Origin: Eledone cirrhosa
Lineage: Eukaryota
NCBI GenBank assembly: GCA_964016885.1
Contig: OZ024742.1
Location: 257,858,001-257,922,000 of the forward strand
Direction of reading: 5' to 3'
DNA: 64,000 nt
The position numbers and the translations under genes are program-made. This document shows positions 1-14,249 of this stretch, piece after piece. Position 1 is the first letter of the stretch. Each line of letters begins with the position of its first letter. Under the pieces are notes generated by a model, which was not told the origin of the DNA, did no database searches, and saw only the letters and a program-made list of their open reading frames with translations.

Positions 1-342
1 CTCTTAGGATTTTATTAATAGTCAGGAAACTAATCCATTCGACGCTTGGTTTAGCAATGAAATGTTCATTTAATTTTCAAATCTCTTTCTTCACATATTC
101 TGTAATATACTCAATGCTTATTTTATCCCACACTCTCTCCTCTTTACTTCGATTTCGCTCGACATACTCCAGCTTCTTTAATAATTGAAACCGAGGAGTG
201 ATTTATTGGGAGGATAACGCTGCGAAACGATAACAAACAATATTTGTTACACAACACGTTTCCATGTAAATAATCATGCAAGGCAACTGCCTTCACTCTT
301 GATCATGCAGGAGACAAAGTGTAGAAACAAGGCGTCGATTTC

Positions 343-381
<39 letters not shown>

Positions 382-1127
382 TGCACTGCCCGACTGTTCC
401 TCACCCTCTTGACTGCTATCTCCTCTCTCTCTCTCGCATATTTTGTCCTGCCTTCTCCACCTCACGCCTTGATCTTCTTGACCACTTCCTGTTGCGCGCG
501 CCCCACACATTTATACTTCCTCCTCACCAATTCCACGGATCCTACACCACTGTTCACACTCTCTGGGTATCCACCATTTCACACCCATATTTTCACCATC
601 TGTCCACACACTACCCGGATAAACATTTGGGAACACACATACACACACACACTTACACCATTTTCACACACACGCAACTATAGATTCCCACATATCCACA
701 CCACACAAATACACACACGTGCGTATCCTCACATACACCTAATATGCCTCCGGACTCCACACGCTCCCTCTCCCCCACCTCTTCCAATCCCTCTGCATCC
801 ACACACACACACACGTACACACTGTACACACTGGTTTTCCTGATACATGAGCATGGAGCCCAATTCTCCCACAAACTCTTACACTTACATCCACGCATAC
901 ACACACACACGTACACCTACACACATACACACACACCTCTTCCGGCATCCCCGATTGGACACCAAATATTCTTCTCACCTTTCCTCCTCCTCCGCGGCAG
1001 CCATCACCACCTCTACACGCCTCAAACCCTTTCACCAATTGTTTTCATTTTAATTTTCTTTCCTTCATTTTAATTTGTTTCACCCTTTAGGACTGCTCAT
1101 GGTTATACGTATAATCATGATGAGTCC

Positions 1128-1192
1128 GAGCTGGGGATCCGCTAAAGTGAAACAATTCTTCTAGGTATGGTGAACTAACTGTTGTGTTACCA
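1128..1192 (+). ncRNA. Degenerate hammerhead / pseudo-LTR tail of a Naiad-type PLE
   Basis: gagCTGGGGAtccgctaaagtGAAACAATTCTTctaggtatggtgaactaactgttgtg is homologous to the reverse complement of 58735-58800, whose core is intact. Confidence 0.55.
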
Positions 1193-1265
1193 CATCTACC
1201 TAACTCGTCCCATGTGACTGAGTGCTCTACCACTACGTATATTACATTCCAGTCTTCCACCTCTC

Positions 1266-1421
<156 letters not shown>

Positions 1422-1483
1422 CGAAAACCAACCAAACAGTGAGTGTGTTCTGTTATTAATTCTGGCAATATTATTGCACAAAT

Positions 1484-4400
1484 ATGACCCTCCCCAAGTA
1501 TAACAATATTGGATTCGACACACGATTTCATATCAAAAACCTCGCAAAACTAATTCATCGCCGTTATGGCATTAGCTTGTGCCAAGCTGAAAGGTTATTG
1601 AAAGACACTGTTTTCTGTTATATAAAACTACAATATCAACAGAATAAATCCACTTCTTAAAACACTGTTTCCTCCAAAATATACCCAACAAACATATCAA
1701 AACAAGTAAATAATTTATTATTGAACAAAACACAAGCTGAACGACTAAAACACACAATAACAGTTAATATGAAAAGAACAACATACACAAAAGTTAACGC
1801 ACTTTACAGACAGAAACGCATTAACGTTAAGGAAGTCCAAAATCTCACCATACCAAACGAGAGGGAAGACCTCATGAGCGTCATCCGACGCGAAACGAAA
1901 TACGCCCGGAACGAATGCAATAGGCATTTCAATAAGAAATTGAATGGATGAATAACAAAAAGCTAGAAGAGAGAAAAATAGAATATTCACAAAAATACCC
2001 AGATAACATCAACAATATCCGTATGAGTGTTGTAGAATTTACCAATGACCACACAGTAAATATTTATGGGAACACTTTAATCAGTGAACAAGAACAACAA
2101 ATCCTGCAGCTATCACCAACATTTGCCATCTACAAAAAGATTAACCCTATTGAGTGCAAAACGGAGCTGGAAAAGTGTTTCACAAAAATACGTTGGAATG
2201 CAAATGTAAACTACACCAACAACAATAATAACTCTGAGTATAGAAATAACAGCTATAATAGTAATAGTCATAACGATAACAATAGCAGGAGAGAGAGAAA
2301 TAGTAATAATGGTAATAATATTAACGATAGACAGAACAACCACAACAGCCACAATAATAATAATAATAGAAACATTAACTACAGACACAGCAGCAGCGAC
2401 CACAGTAGTAATAACGGTAACAATACGAATAACAACAAAAACCACAGTGGTGATAATAGAAATAATATATGTAGCAACATTAATGATAGACACAACAAAA
2501 ACAAGAAGCATAATAAAAGTAACAACCACAATGGTAGAAATAACAGTAACAGCAACAATAACGATGGAGAAAGCAACAACAATACATCTAACAATCACAG
2601 CAACAATACATCTAGCAATCACAGCAACAATACATTTAGCAATCATAACAATAATAATAATGCTAATGATTGGAACAACAACCACCATAATAACAATAAA
2701 AGCAACACACACAACTATGACGATAGATATAATTGTTCTACTTTTGGCACAAGGCCAGCAAATTTCCAGTGTATTAGTGGTACTTTATTTCATCGACCCC
2801 GTAAGGATGAATGGCAAAGTTAACCTCGGCGGGATTTGAACTCAGAATGGCAAGGGCCGTAACTCTATGCCTCAAAGCATGACGATAGATATAATGACAA
2901 CCCTTGAGAGAAATTATTCTTCAACCCAGCTGACAAAACATATAAGATGGGTAATATCTATCCTACAAGGTTTCCCTTTAATAAAAGAGTTTGCATACCA
3001 CAACAAATAGATGACGAGACAGAGGCACAGTTAACCATAGCTAGAAATAAGATTAGACAAATAGTAGACCGGTATACTAAGAGACAGAGCAAACCAGAGG
3101 TCCAACAACTTGGGAGGAAACCTTTAGAAGGCTTGGTTAGCCTCAAGCAGCGCACAAGGGATGGTGAGGTAGTCTGGTAGGATGTCAATAGACAGCATGC
3201 CGAACTACATCAAGGCTACGCAAACCCCACACCACCAACACGAGCGAAGTTGCACAGCATATACATGATGGGAGAGAGAACATACTGAACGCTCACATGA
3301 TGATGTGGACCGACATCCTAAAGGCAAGCAGACGCACTGCCAACAACTTCCAGGCGTCTAACAATGGCATATCACACTTGTATGTACTCCGCAAAGACCA
3401 CAAGACAGTCGACGACCCGACAGCAGGACCACCAACAAGACATGTATGCGGAGCAAATATAGCTAGCAACTACAGGATCTCCTACTTCCTCTCAATGGTT
3501 ATACGCCCCATAATCAAGATGTCCCCAGATGTATGTGACAGTACAGAGAACCTCCTCAACAGAATCGGTGAGTGCAACAAAAACAGGAACCTATCCATCT
3601 GCATAATAGGCAGTATGGTTCTGGTATCACTGTACTCATCCATTAACATTGATTTTGCTGTGGAAAAATGTGTGGAGATAATCATTGAGAGTGAGGTGGA
3701 GTTCTGCAATGTCGACACAGACGAACTGGGCCTCCTATTTAGACTTACCTACGCCACTGACTACCTAGACAGCCATGACGTTGGACGTTTCTGCCCCAGT
3801 AGACCATAAGAGGTAGACCCCCCACCATAACCTCAATGGCAAAAAAGACTCCCATGGGAAGGTGGATTGGGTGGACCAAAGCTATACGGACCCCCCAAAA
3901 CAATGATCAGGTAAGAAAAATGGTCGCACATGCAATAGGGGATAGTATCAAAACTACCATAAAGGGCCACATATTCAAGTTCAACAAGAAGATCTACACC
4001 CAAAATGAGGGAGCAACCATTGGCGTCAGCATAGCTGGTGACGTTGCCAACCTTTTTCTGGTATGATGGGAAAGGAGACTCAAAGATCTCCTTGGTGAGT
4101 GCTCCATAGACCTCATCATGTACTCTCGTTACGTAGACGACATCAATATAGTAATAAGGACATCCCCTCAAGAGAGCACTAACAAGTTTGATTTAGAACT
4201 TAGCACAATGGAGAGCATCCAGCAGATAACTAATTCCATACACCAGAGTATAACTGTAACTATCAACTACCCTTCCAGACACCCTAACAATAGATCACCT
4301 GTATTAGACACGGAACTCTGGATTAACACCATAGACGAGAGACCCCAAATTCTCCACTCACACTATGCTAAACCCATGGCCTCAAAATACCTGATACTCA

Positions 4401-5260
4401 AAAACTCAGCAATGTCCAATAGTGCTAAGTTTAATATTCTGATCGCAGATTTGGTACGAGTGATGAAGAACGTGTCCCGCATGTGCGACCCAACAGAAAT
4501 CGAAAGACACATCCAACACTTCATCAACCGCATGCAGTTCTCTGGCTACAACCAAAGAGATAGTATCAGAGTATACGAAGGAGCCACGGAGAAGTATAAG
4601 ACCCTCCATTATACAGGAGGAAATCATGGAATAGCTTAGATAGGACTAGACATAAGATAGGGAAAGCCACCTCATGGTACGACAACCAGATATACCAGTG
4701 TCATGTTTGTGGACGCTACCCCTGGAGGGAAATTAGCTAACCAGTGTAGAAAGGTCCTGAGAAAGACCCACTTAAATATTAAGGTGGTAGAAAAGCCAGG
4801 AAACACCATCAAATCACTGATCAGCAAAACGTACCATTTTAAGAAAACCCACAGTACTAATAGGAAATGTATCATATGTAGAGTAAACTCCTGGATAAAC
4901 TGTAAAACTAGAAACGTAGTCTATAGCATAAGATGTACAGAGGGTACTTGCAGAAACATGACCACAACATACATAGGCGAGACAGCTCGTAGCATAGGTG
5001 AAAGGATAGACCAACACTGGGGGAAATAAAAGGACGAAAAAACGGTTCAGTACTATACGAACATGCCAGACAACAACACAACGGTACCATAGACAACATA
5101 GACATTAGAATAATATCTAAACATAGAAATGACCCAGCAGATAGGCAAATCAGAGAAGCCAGCGAAATAGAACTTAGAAGGCCAAGGCTAAACAGAACAA
5201 AATGAATGGAATAACAACACCACCCAAACAAACAACACTGACCTAAGAGAAGTATTAATA
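1484..5260 (+). pseudogene. Disrupted PLE RT-GIY-YIG ORF with Asn-rich N-terminal insert
   Basis: Starts ATG ACC CTC CCC AAG ([22 protein letters not shown]). Collinear fragments at 1948, 2947, 3297, 3836, 4118 and 4703, broken by stops, frameshifts and a SINE. Confidence 0.88.
2734..2878 (-). mobile_element. 5'-truncated tRNA-derived SINE with 17-bp TSD, inserted in the PLE ORF
   Basis: ATGACGATAGATATAAT duplicated at 2717-2733 and 2879-2895. Minus strand has B-box gagttcaaatccc. Homologous to copies at 6.7 kb and 24.8 kb. Confidence 0.93.
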
Positions 5261-5511
5261 AATAAATAAATAAATACATACACAAGCACAATAACAACAA
5301 ACACATATAAACACACACTAGTAAACTAAGATAGAATATGTTAACCAATACACAGTCACCCAATCAAGAACACACATCAAACAAAACACTATACACACAC
5401 GCAAACGCATGCGCAGAGAAGACACAAAATAAACAAATAAATAAATAAATAAATAAACAGACTAAATAAAGATGGCGTAAGCATACAATGCAACGGGTGG
5501 AAACATAATAG

Positions 5512-5553
5512 CAACACTGACGATGTTGAAGATGTGCAACGAAAGAACTGTAA
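5512..5553 (+). ncRNA. Minimal type I hammerhead motif (family A pseudo-LTR)
   Basis: CTGACGA-t-gttgaa gatg tgcaac-GAAA. The same motif recurs at 55.5 kb (-) and 58.5 kb (+). Confidence 0.7.
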
Positions 5554-6679
5554 CATACTATGTGTTTGTATTTTTGACCGTTGGTCAGTCAATGGCAACA
5601 TTGAGGACCGAATAAATTCAATTAACCGATATAAAAGACACAGCGTAAACCAACCAAACAGTAAGTGTGTTCTGTTATTAATTCTGGCAATATTATTACA
5701 CAAATATGACCCTCCCTAAGTATAACAATATATATATATATACATGTATGTATTCATATTCATTTATATACATATATAGATACGTACATACATAAATAAA
5801 TACACACACATAAACACATAAAAGAACAAGGAGGACATGTGCCCCTTTCGGTAATAGATGGTACCTAAAGCTGTCTCATTTCAATGAGAAGCTGGCATCG
5901 TATCAGTCAAGACATCTGTAGGGACGCCCTGAATATACAGCTGGCACACACTTGAGGAAACTATCTACGGGTTATCTTCATTTTGGAGACTATCTACAGT
6001 CGTCGACCTGCATACAACGATATGTGCACACTTCTAATTTCCTCATTAACAATCTAGAAGCGTGCCTAAGAGCGTATGTTGTCAACTGCAACATATGAAA
6101 AAAGCGTAGCTCCACCTAAACCGGGTGTACCGATAGGATATTGCAGATCAGGATCAAGAGCACATGACGACGAAATATTCATCTGTCAAAAATATTTTGA
6201 CAGATGATACAGGTGAAATATTGATATTTCTACAGATGAAGCGAAAAGGAATGTAGTAAATTTAAAAATCAAAGGGGCCATTATCCTCAACAAACTAAAA
6301 TCACTGATAAATAATATATTGGAAATGCACGAAACGTACTTGCCAATATAACGGATCTGTGCATGCGTATTTCAGACTGGTACACCAGTTAGGAAAGAAC
6401 ACATCAATCGTTTGCTTTTCTTTTGATCCGTTTTAGTTTTACATTTGAAACTTCATGATTAAGTATACAGTTTAAAATATCATTTTATTTTCCTATATTT
6501 GTCATTTTTTGCATTTTATGATTCTACAGCATTTTACCCTTTTATAAAAATCACCAGTCACTTATTACATACATCACTGGATCCTCTCATACATATAAAA
6601 ACGCATCACAGCTATGTTAATATATATCAAGCCTATCGACAGAAAGTATGGATCTGAATAAATTAGGTATTAATTATAA

Positions 6680-6858
6680 TTGTTTCTGCTTTTGGCACAA
6701 GGCCAGAAATTGCCCAGTGTATTAGTGGTACTTTATTTTTTCGACCCAGTAAAGATGAAAGGCAATGTTAAGCTCGGTGGGATTTGAACACTGAATGGCA
6801 AGGGGCGTAACTCTATGCGTCAAAGCATGGTGTCCGATCCTCTACCGATACTGCCAAG
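6680..6858 (-). mobile_element. tRNA-derived SINE (Nin-domain-like centre)
   Basis: Minus strand has A-box-like tggcagtatcgg, B-box-like gtgttcaaatccc, centre ttgcctttcatc...gggtcga...aagtacc and tail tggccttgtgccaaaag. Multiple copies in the window. Confidence 0.88.
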
Positions 6859-7239
6859 ACCTGCAGGAAGTTGCCTGAAATATAACAACCATACAATAAT
6901 TGACATTATACCACATTCATGGAATATGATGGCTTCAAAGTTTACAAAATATACCAAACCACTGGTAGATGTGATCATTACCCTGAACTTAACATGTTAC
7001 ACAACTTTGCTCCTCAGATTTAAGGAAAAGCATATTGAGCCTGATGCTATATATTATAAAAAATGTATGTTGCAAAGTTATAGCATGTCAGAGTTCTTCA
7101 TCCTATTATTAAACCCATTAATATACTTGCTCATAAAATATAGCTGTTACCTCCCACTCTATTTGATAATAATCAGATTTTGTATGGTCCAAATACAAAT
7201 TACTCCAAAAAGCAATTGGACATGATCCCGAAGTATCCA

Positions 7240-7610
7240 CCAACATTGATATCATTCCTACATGTAATCCAGGATCAAGAAATCGCAGCCATATACATAA
7301 TGCATAACATAAGTCAAAAGCACGTATATTGTACATGACAAAATTGAAGATGTTAACCCCATCATTGCTGGTTGTGATGGCATTTCCATGCGAAATGATG
7401 TTGTATACATAATATACTTGATTACACTATGGAAGAAAAACTATGTCAACGAATTACAATGAATATATTGAGACTGGTGGCCCAAATGGATATCATTGAA
7501 AACGTTTATATAAAGGTTTAAACAGATTAAAACACAGAAAGCCGGATATTATTGTTTGGGACCACAAACTAAAAACCAGTTCAGTTGTGGAAATCAGTGG
7601 CTTAATCTAG
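7240..7610 (+). pseudogene. Decayed C-terminus of a restriction-like-endonuclease LINE (R4/Dong-like)
   Basis: Frameshifted fragments read IQDQEIA, HDKIEDVNPIIAGC...RNDVV (CCHC remnant) and KPD...VWDHKLKTSSVVEIS (PD-D/ExK remnant). Confidence 0.55.
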
Positions 7611-8155
7611 GGTGGCTTAATCGAACATTGGCATGGGGTTTGTAAATCACGTGCCCAAAATACACGTTCAGTTTCATACATAATAAATGGACCTACCAAA
7701 ATGCCTGGTACAAAGTATTGCTGAATTCAGATGTGTAGAGAAAGTAGTGAGCCCCTTAATACATAAATTACAAATAGCAACATTATCTGGTTACTGCAAA
7801 ATTTATAAAATGTTCTTACGATTAATAAATACATGAATGATTTTACAAGGGACAACATAAAATTTATTTTCTTTAGCATATTGCCACCAGGTAAGTTGCG
7901 TAACAAAACTAGGCAGCAATAATAGAAAAACATGCATACATATACGTATGTATATAGATTCACATATATACATGCACACAGAGATACAGACGGACATAGC
8001 TACATTCACCCTCACCCCGTATATATATATAAGACATGGGATTGAAATCATAATTAAAAACACATATACGCATACACATAGACTCATACACATACTGACA
8101 CACACACACCCACACACCTACACATACACGCACACACAAACACACATACACACAC

Positions 8156-8203
<48 letters not shown>

Positions 8204-8470
8204 TTATATATATATGAGGGTATTCTAATATATAAATACATTTATTTTATATATGAATAATGGTGCTCGAGCAAGGTATAATACTTTTTGTTTTAATTTG
8301 TTTATCTTTGTAGAAATATTTGTTAGGAGAAAAAATCATCTTAATATTCATCTTTGATATATTTGCGGTAATATATATACATACACCCATATATATATAT
8401 ATATATATGGACGTATGTATGTATATATATGTATATATATATATATATACATAAACACATATATAAATAG

Positions 8471-8522
<52 letters not shown>

Positions 8523-8908
8523 ATATTATATATATATATGCACACAAACAAACACTGTCTAACCATATGGTTTCGTATGTCCAGGTACTATATGACGATA
8601 AATTGATGTTTTTACTTGATTTCTTTTTCAATAGCAATTTTTGCCACGTGTATCATAGATGCAGTGAAGCAGAAAATTGACTGGATGACTGCAAATATCA
8701 TGGAGTCCATCAAAACGATTGGATATATACAGCAATGATAGGAGGTGATTGTATGAAAACACAATCAGTTTCCGGGACACGAATAATTGAAGTAGTGCTT
8801 GACTTCCGTTTGTTAATCAATCTTCAAACCACCATCAATCATGCTTCTCCAACAACATAAATGTGCACCACATATGCAGAACTCACGTAAGTACATACAC
8901 ACACACAC

Positions 8909-9204
<296 letters not shown>

Positions 9205-9865
9205 CTGAAAATTATAACTGAACAAGTGATATAATATCTGCTGCTCGTTCAAACGTTGCAATCAATTTTTCATGTATCTTGAATTGCGTATGTTATATAT
9301 GTATAAATATAATGGGGCAGGGGGTATGTGTGTGTGTGTGTTTGTATGTGTGTGAGAGTATGTGTATTCGTGTGTATGTGTCTGTTTACATTGATGAATG
9401 GTCCTAAATTCGTAGTAACATTCATGTGTAAATAGATTGCTGTTCGTCGTTTTCGAGGATGAATGCTCAACCTGCTCGGAAATTTAACGTGTTTCAAGCT
9501 TAACATCCTGCAGATTTTCAGATTCGGCCTCATTGTATGTGGTAATTATGCATTTTGAATTTCAGGTATAGTTCATCCGATGGAATTCTAAATAGTTTCC
9601 GTCTATCCTATTTCACTCACAGTCGTTTGTTGAGAGTAGTCCATGATAAATGACGCTCAGTGAGTTTGAAGTCTGGATGTGATGTTTGAAGTTCAGGCAT
9701 GCTATTAGAAGAGAGAGCTAGTATTTCATCTTGGTTTTTATGAGTATTTGTTTCAATAAAAAATGTTTGGCTAATATACAAAATAATCATATAATTGTAT
9801 ATAAAAGGCTGCAATGTGGTACAGCTTTTACAACGACATTCCAATATTTGTTCCTTGTCATTTCG

Positions 9866-9935
9866 CTCGGATTCCAAATCTCGCCGAGGTCAACTTTGCC
9901 TTCCACAACTTCGCTAGCGATAAATAAAAGTAGTT
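9866..9935 (+). mobile_element. Degenerate SINE fragment (same family as 6.7 kb)
   Basis: ggattccaaatctcgccgaggtcaactttgccttcca matches the B-box and central region of the other copies. Confidence 0.6.
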
Positions 9936-10616
9936 GCCCAGTACAGAGACGAATCTTCTTCTATATCTCGTTCTCAATCACTACAACTCCCCATTTTTCC
10001 GGAAGTAATCGGCTGTTTTCAGACCTGGTGAGGAGATTGGCTTTCTCAGATTCTAAATTCTCTGGAAATGCCGTATAGCATTACAATAACTCTACGATGC
10101 CAATAGGTGTTTCAGCTCCATACTATGGACATAATTCTATATTATCAGAAGCTTTTAATCTTGTCTACAACAGTATGCGGGGATCTTGTGAATGATCTTG
10201 TGAACTATGATGAATGTTGAGTCTTTTGATAACTGCAAGCTTTTGCTTTGCTCAAGATATTAGCCCATGTTTTTAAACAATAGTCTTATTGTTTCCGGTT
10301 TCTGACAACGAAACATATTGACTATCAATAAAGCATCCTCTCCATATATTTTCCTTCCTAGCAGGTTTGTATAATAGATGCACTGTTAGTTGCGTGAGCT
10401 GTGTGAAATGTCTTCGTAGTGATACTAACATCGTTGCCTCCATTTTAACTGTTTAGTAGACTACCACGAATTCAGTATAATTTAACTACCCTTTCATGTT
10501 AAATCTGATTTGTTAACAGCGAATGTTAATGTAAATGGCAATAGGGATGATAAATGTTATCCAATTTTGTTTACAGTGATCGAGTAGTATTTCTATATGC
10601 CCATTTACATTGAGAC

Positions 10617-10720
<104 letters not shown>

Positions 10721-10779
10721 ATACTTTGGGAGGGTCATGTTGCCAATATATATATATATATAGATAGATATATATATAT

Positions 10780-13129
10780 CACCAAAGGTTAAACAAGGTT
10801 CATTGATTAATCAATGAATATAGTTTTACAATAGATTAGAAGCACTCGAAAAAATAATCTTTTATGGAGTTATTAATATTAATTCAAAATATTAATAAAT
10901 ATAGACAATCATGTGATCAAATATATTCTATTATATATATTTCAGAGGTACTGTGCTGTATAAACTAAATATTCATAATAATAGGAATAATATAAATAAA
11001 GCAGACTGCAAAAATAAAAAATAATATAAATATAAATAAAAATACCAATTTCGTGAATACATCGGGGGAAAAAATTACTAAATCTACTATTTGGTATGCC
11101 CCACCACCATCTTTAGCTATTAAAACACCCTTATCACAATTATTTTTAAAGCATTAGATAAATGTTTACCTAGAACACATAAATACTATCTATCTACAAT
11201 AGACACACAGTTAAACTATCTTACTCAACAACTATGAATATGGCTCAAAATATTGCAAATATAAATAGCAGAATTCTTAGTTCTAACCAACAGATAATTA
11301 GCGATAATGACAATATTAATAATAATAATAATATAGTTACAAAGAATAACAATAACATTAATTTATGCATATACAGTAGAACACCTACAAATATTACCAC
11401 TGATAATGCGAACAGTTTAGATCATAGAAATAACATGAAATCGCACTGTCACTGTAGAAGAAAATCTGGATGCCCTTTGAAAAGATTTTAGTATATAAAT
11501 GTACCATTAAAGCAAATAATAATATTACCTATAACTACATAGGTGCAACTTCATAGAACTTTAAACTGAGATTTTCTAATCATAAACATTCTTTTTCTAA
11601 TCCGGATGAGAAATGTTCTACTTCTTTATCACAATTAATATGGTCTTTAAAAGAGAAAAATATAAAAAAAATCAATCTTAGAAACTGTGAAGTTTATCGG
11701 AATAATTCCATTTCACCTAACTGCAATCTTTGCAATACCGATACTATTAATAATTGCTAATTATGGTAATTTAATTAATACAAAAAGTGAATTATTCTAA
11801 AATTGTTTCCATAAATCTGCAACAACATTTCAAGCATCATTTATAATTAGGAAAAAAACATTGACTGAGTGAGAAAAGATATTGACTCTTATTAATAATT
11901 CTTGTAATACTTCTATTATTCCTATTATTGATATTGTGTATAATGTTTCTACCTGACCTTAGGAAATGCATACCTGCTCTTTAAGAGAGCATGATAATCT
12001 CTTGATTGGTTAAGTACCTTTAGTTTCGATTTAGAATCCTCTTTTTAAATCCTGTATCTTATAAATTTGAGATCTGTAATATCTTCAGACTTTTAAACCG
12101 TTTAATTTAATTTAAACGTTTGGATACGTCGTACAAAGATATTGTTTACATTTATCGTGTATAAGTTTCGTTTTATCTAAATTGAGTAATAATCTGTATT
12201 TAACTTGATTTATAGTATTGAATACAGTAACATTTTGTTGAATCGAAATATTAATCCTCTCAAGTATAAATATAACTAATAATTAATACTATATGTAATT
12301 GACAAATATCGATTTAAATAATATTGTTCATATAAAATGCTTATACAGATGCTAATATGTAAGTAAGTTAAGTTTAATATCATATTTACGATATTTGTAA
12401 GCACCATTGTTAGTTAATAATATTTTGAATTTTGAATTTTATAACTAAATTATTGAATGTATTTACTAATTTAAATTTGCTCCAGATTATGTTTGAAAAT
12501 ATTTTATATTATCTTATATATTGTTTTAATTTTGATATAATATAATATTATCATTTCTTTCAAATATTATAGAGTAAAAATTTCACGGTATTTAATTGAT
12601 CGTTTCTACCTAACTCAATATTTGAAAAAAAATGGTCAGCCATCATATACCTCTATTCTCCTTATGTAATTACTTTATACCATCTATATCTCCCTTTCTT
12701 CATCTCTTTATATTTTCCTCTTCTCCTCTATTTAGCTCTCTCTCTCTCTCTCATTTGTTTTTTTCTCTAATACGGATATTTATATATTTAATTATTTAAA
12801 TATTTAACAGTTATGTGCTGATGTGTTTATGTATTTTAGTTATGTATATATATATTTATTTTATTTTTTTCTATACATTTTCCTACGAACACTCTCAATT
12901 ATATGTAGTTTGTCATGTTACTGCTTATGGTATATAAATATTGAGTTTTGTCATAACTAATCACTGCCAAGACTGGATTGAATTGAACCATCAGCACAGT
13001 TGAGGTATGTCAGACATCAATTTATTTTATCTGATGAGGACGTACTGAGGAAAAAGCACAGTACCTCTGAAATCTATATAATAAAATATATTTGATCACA
13101 GGAATGTCTATATTTATTAATATTTTGAA

Positions 13130-13135
<6 letters not shown>
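10780..13135 (+). mobile_element. 5'-truncated Naiad-type PLE with inverted pseudo-LTR, in (TA)n
   Basis: Fragments IWYAPPP, HTVKLSYSTT, HCHCRRKSGCP, YNYIGATS and CNLC. About 1.2 kb 3' UTR. 10878-10957 is the reverse complement of 13055-13135. Confidence 0.85.
13023..13088 (+). ncRNA. Type I hammerhead ribozyme motif
   Basis: Stem I tattttat/ataaaata; CTGATGA; stem II gtactg...cagtac; GAAA-T-CTAT-ATA. Confidence 0.82.
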
Positions 13136-13188
<53 letters not shown>

Positions 13189-13434
13189 GTGACGGTGTGT
13201 GTGAATGTGTGTGTGTGCGTGGGTGTCTATAGCAATTTGCAAGCATGCAATGATATTTAGTTGAACTTCAAAAGAAGGAAGATTTATCTGTCACAAGCAA
13301 ACCCAAATTGATTTATGATGATAATATAATTCTAGTGTACTCTGATAATATTCTGTAAATTAATTGTAAATAACTACACAAAACCACGAACATATACATA
13401 ACCACACACACACACACACACATGCACACACACA

Positions 13435-13541
<107 letters not shown>

Positions 13542-13938
13542 GTGTGTGTATGCAACCAATATTAAAATAATATTAATATTCATTTCTTTAGCAAGCAATC
13601 ATCCTTAAAACGCCATTGTTTTAGACGACCAATATCATCCTATTTAAATGGTAGCATAGAGAAACAATCTACGCTACCAATAGAATAATATGTTAACAAT
13701 ATTCTCCTTAAAGACATCATGTTATGAAGCTCTTTCTTTGCAAACGAATCGAATATTAATAATATTGTTTTATTATTTTTATTAAATATGAAACTCACGA
13801 AAGCAATATCGTATCCTCTATGTTAAACTATAAACAAGAGATGGCAACATCAATGGACCTGTTATTTTCATCTAAATATATTTTGTTCCAAGTCCACCCC
13901 ACCCTTCCATTCAATCTATCTACTTTCCCATTCTTTCT

Positions 13939-13971
13939 TCTTCTGAAGGACTAGTGTCCGAAACGTTAAGA
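13939..13971 (+). ncRNA. Degenerate minimal hammerhead at the end of a PLE remnant
   Basis: tctt-CTGAA-GGAC tagt GTCC-GAAACGTT-aaga. The core lacks the GA of CUGANGA. Confidence 0.45.
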
Positions 13972-14051
13972 CGCTTTTCCTGCTATTTTAAGCTTTAACC
14001 TAATATATTCCTTCCATATGCTGTACCGATTGTGTTGTTATTTTTGTTTAC

Positions 14052-14142
<91 letters not shown>

Positions 14143-14191
14143 TATAAAATAACAGGAGGCTGGACTGGTGTAATTCCTTAAAAGGTTTATT

Positions 14192-14249
14192 ATACTATGA
14201 TCATTTTAGTGACCGGGTTCAGTAAGAATCCGTTGACATCATCAGGTAT
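14192..14249 (-). ncRNA. Degenerate type I hammerhead
   Basis: Minus strand: atac-CTGATGA-...-AAAA(for GAAA)-T-GATC-ATA-gtat, with palindromic loop III. Confidence 0.55.

Noticed and set aside
245-325. Possible hammerhead on the minus strand (CTGCATGA...GAAACGTGTT)
   Set aside because: The core has an extra base and stem I is offset; too degenerate. Similar weak hits at ~15690-15735, ~41100-41155 and ~48215-48255 were also not called.
8635-8744. Acceptor- and donor-like signals around a short unique segment
   Set aside because: All three frames contain stops.
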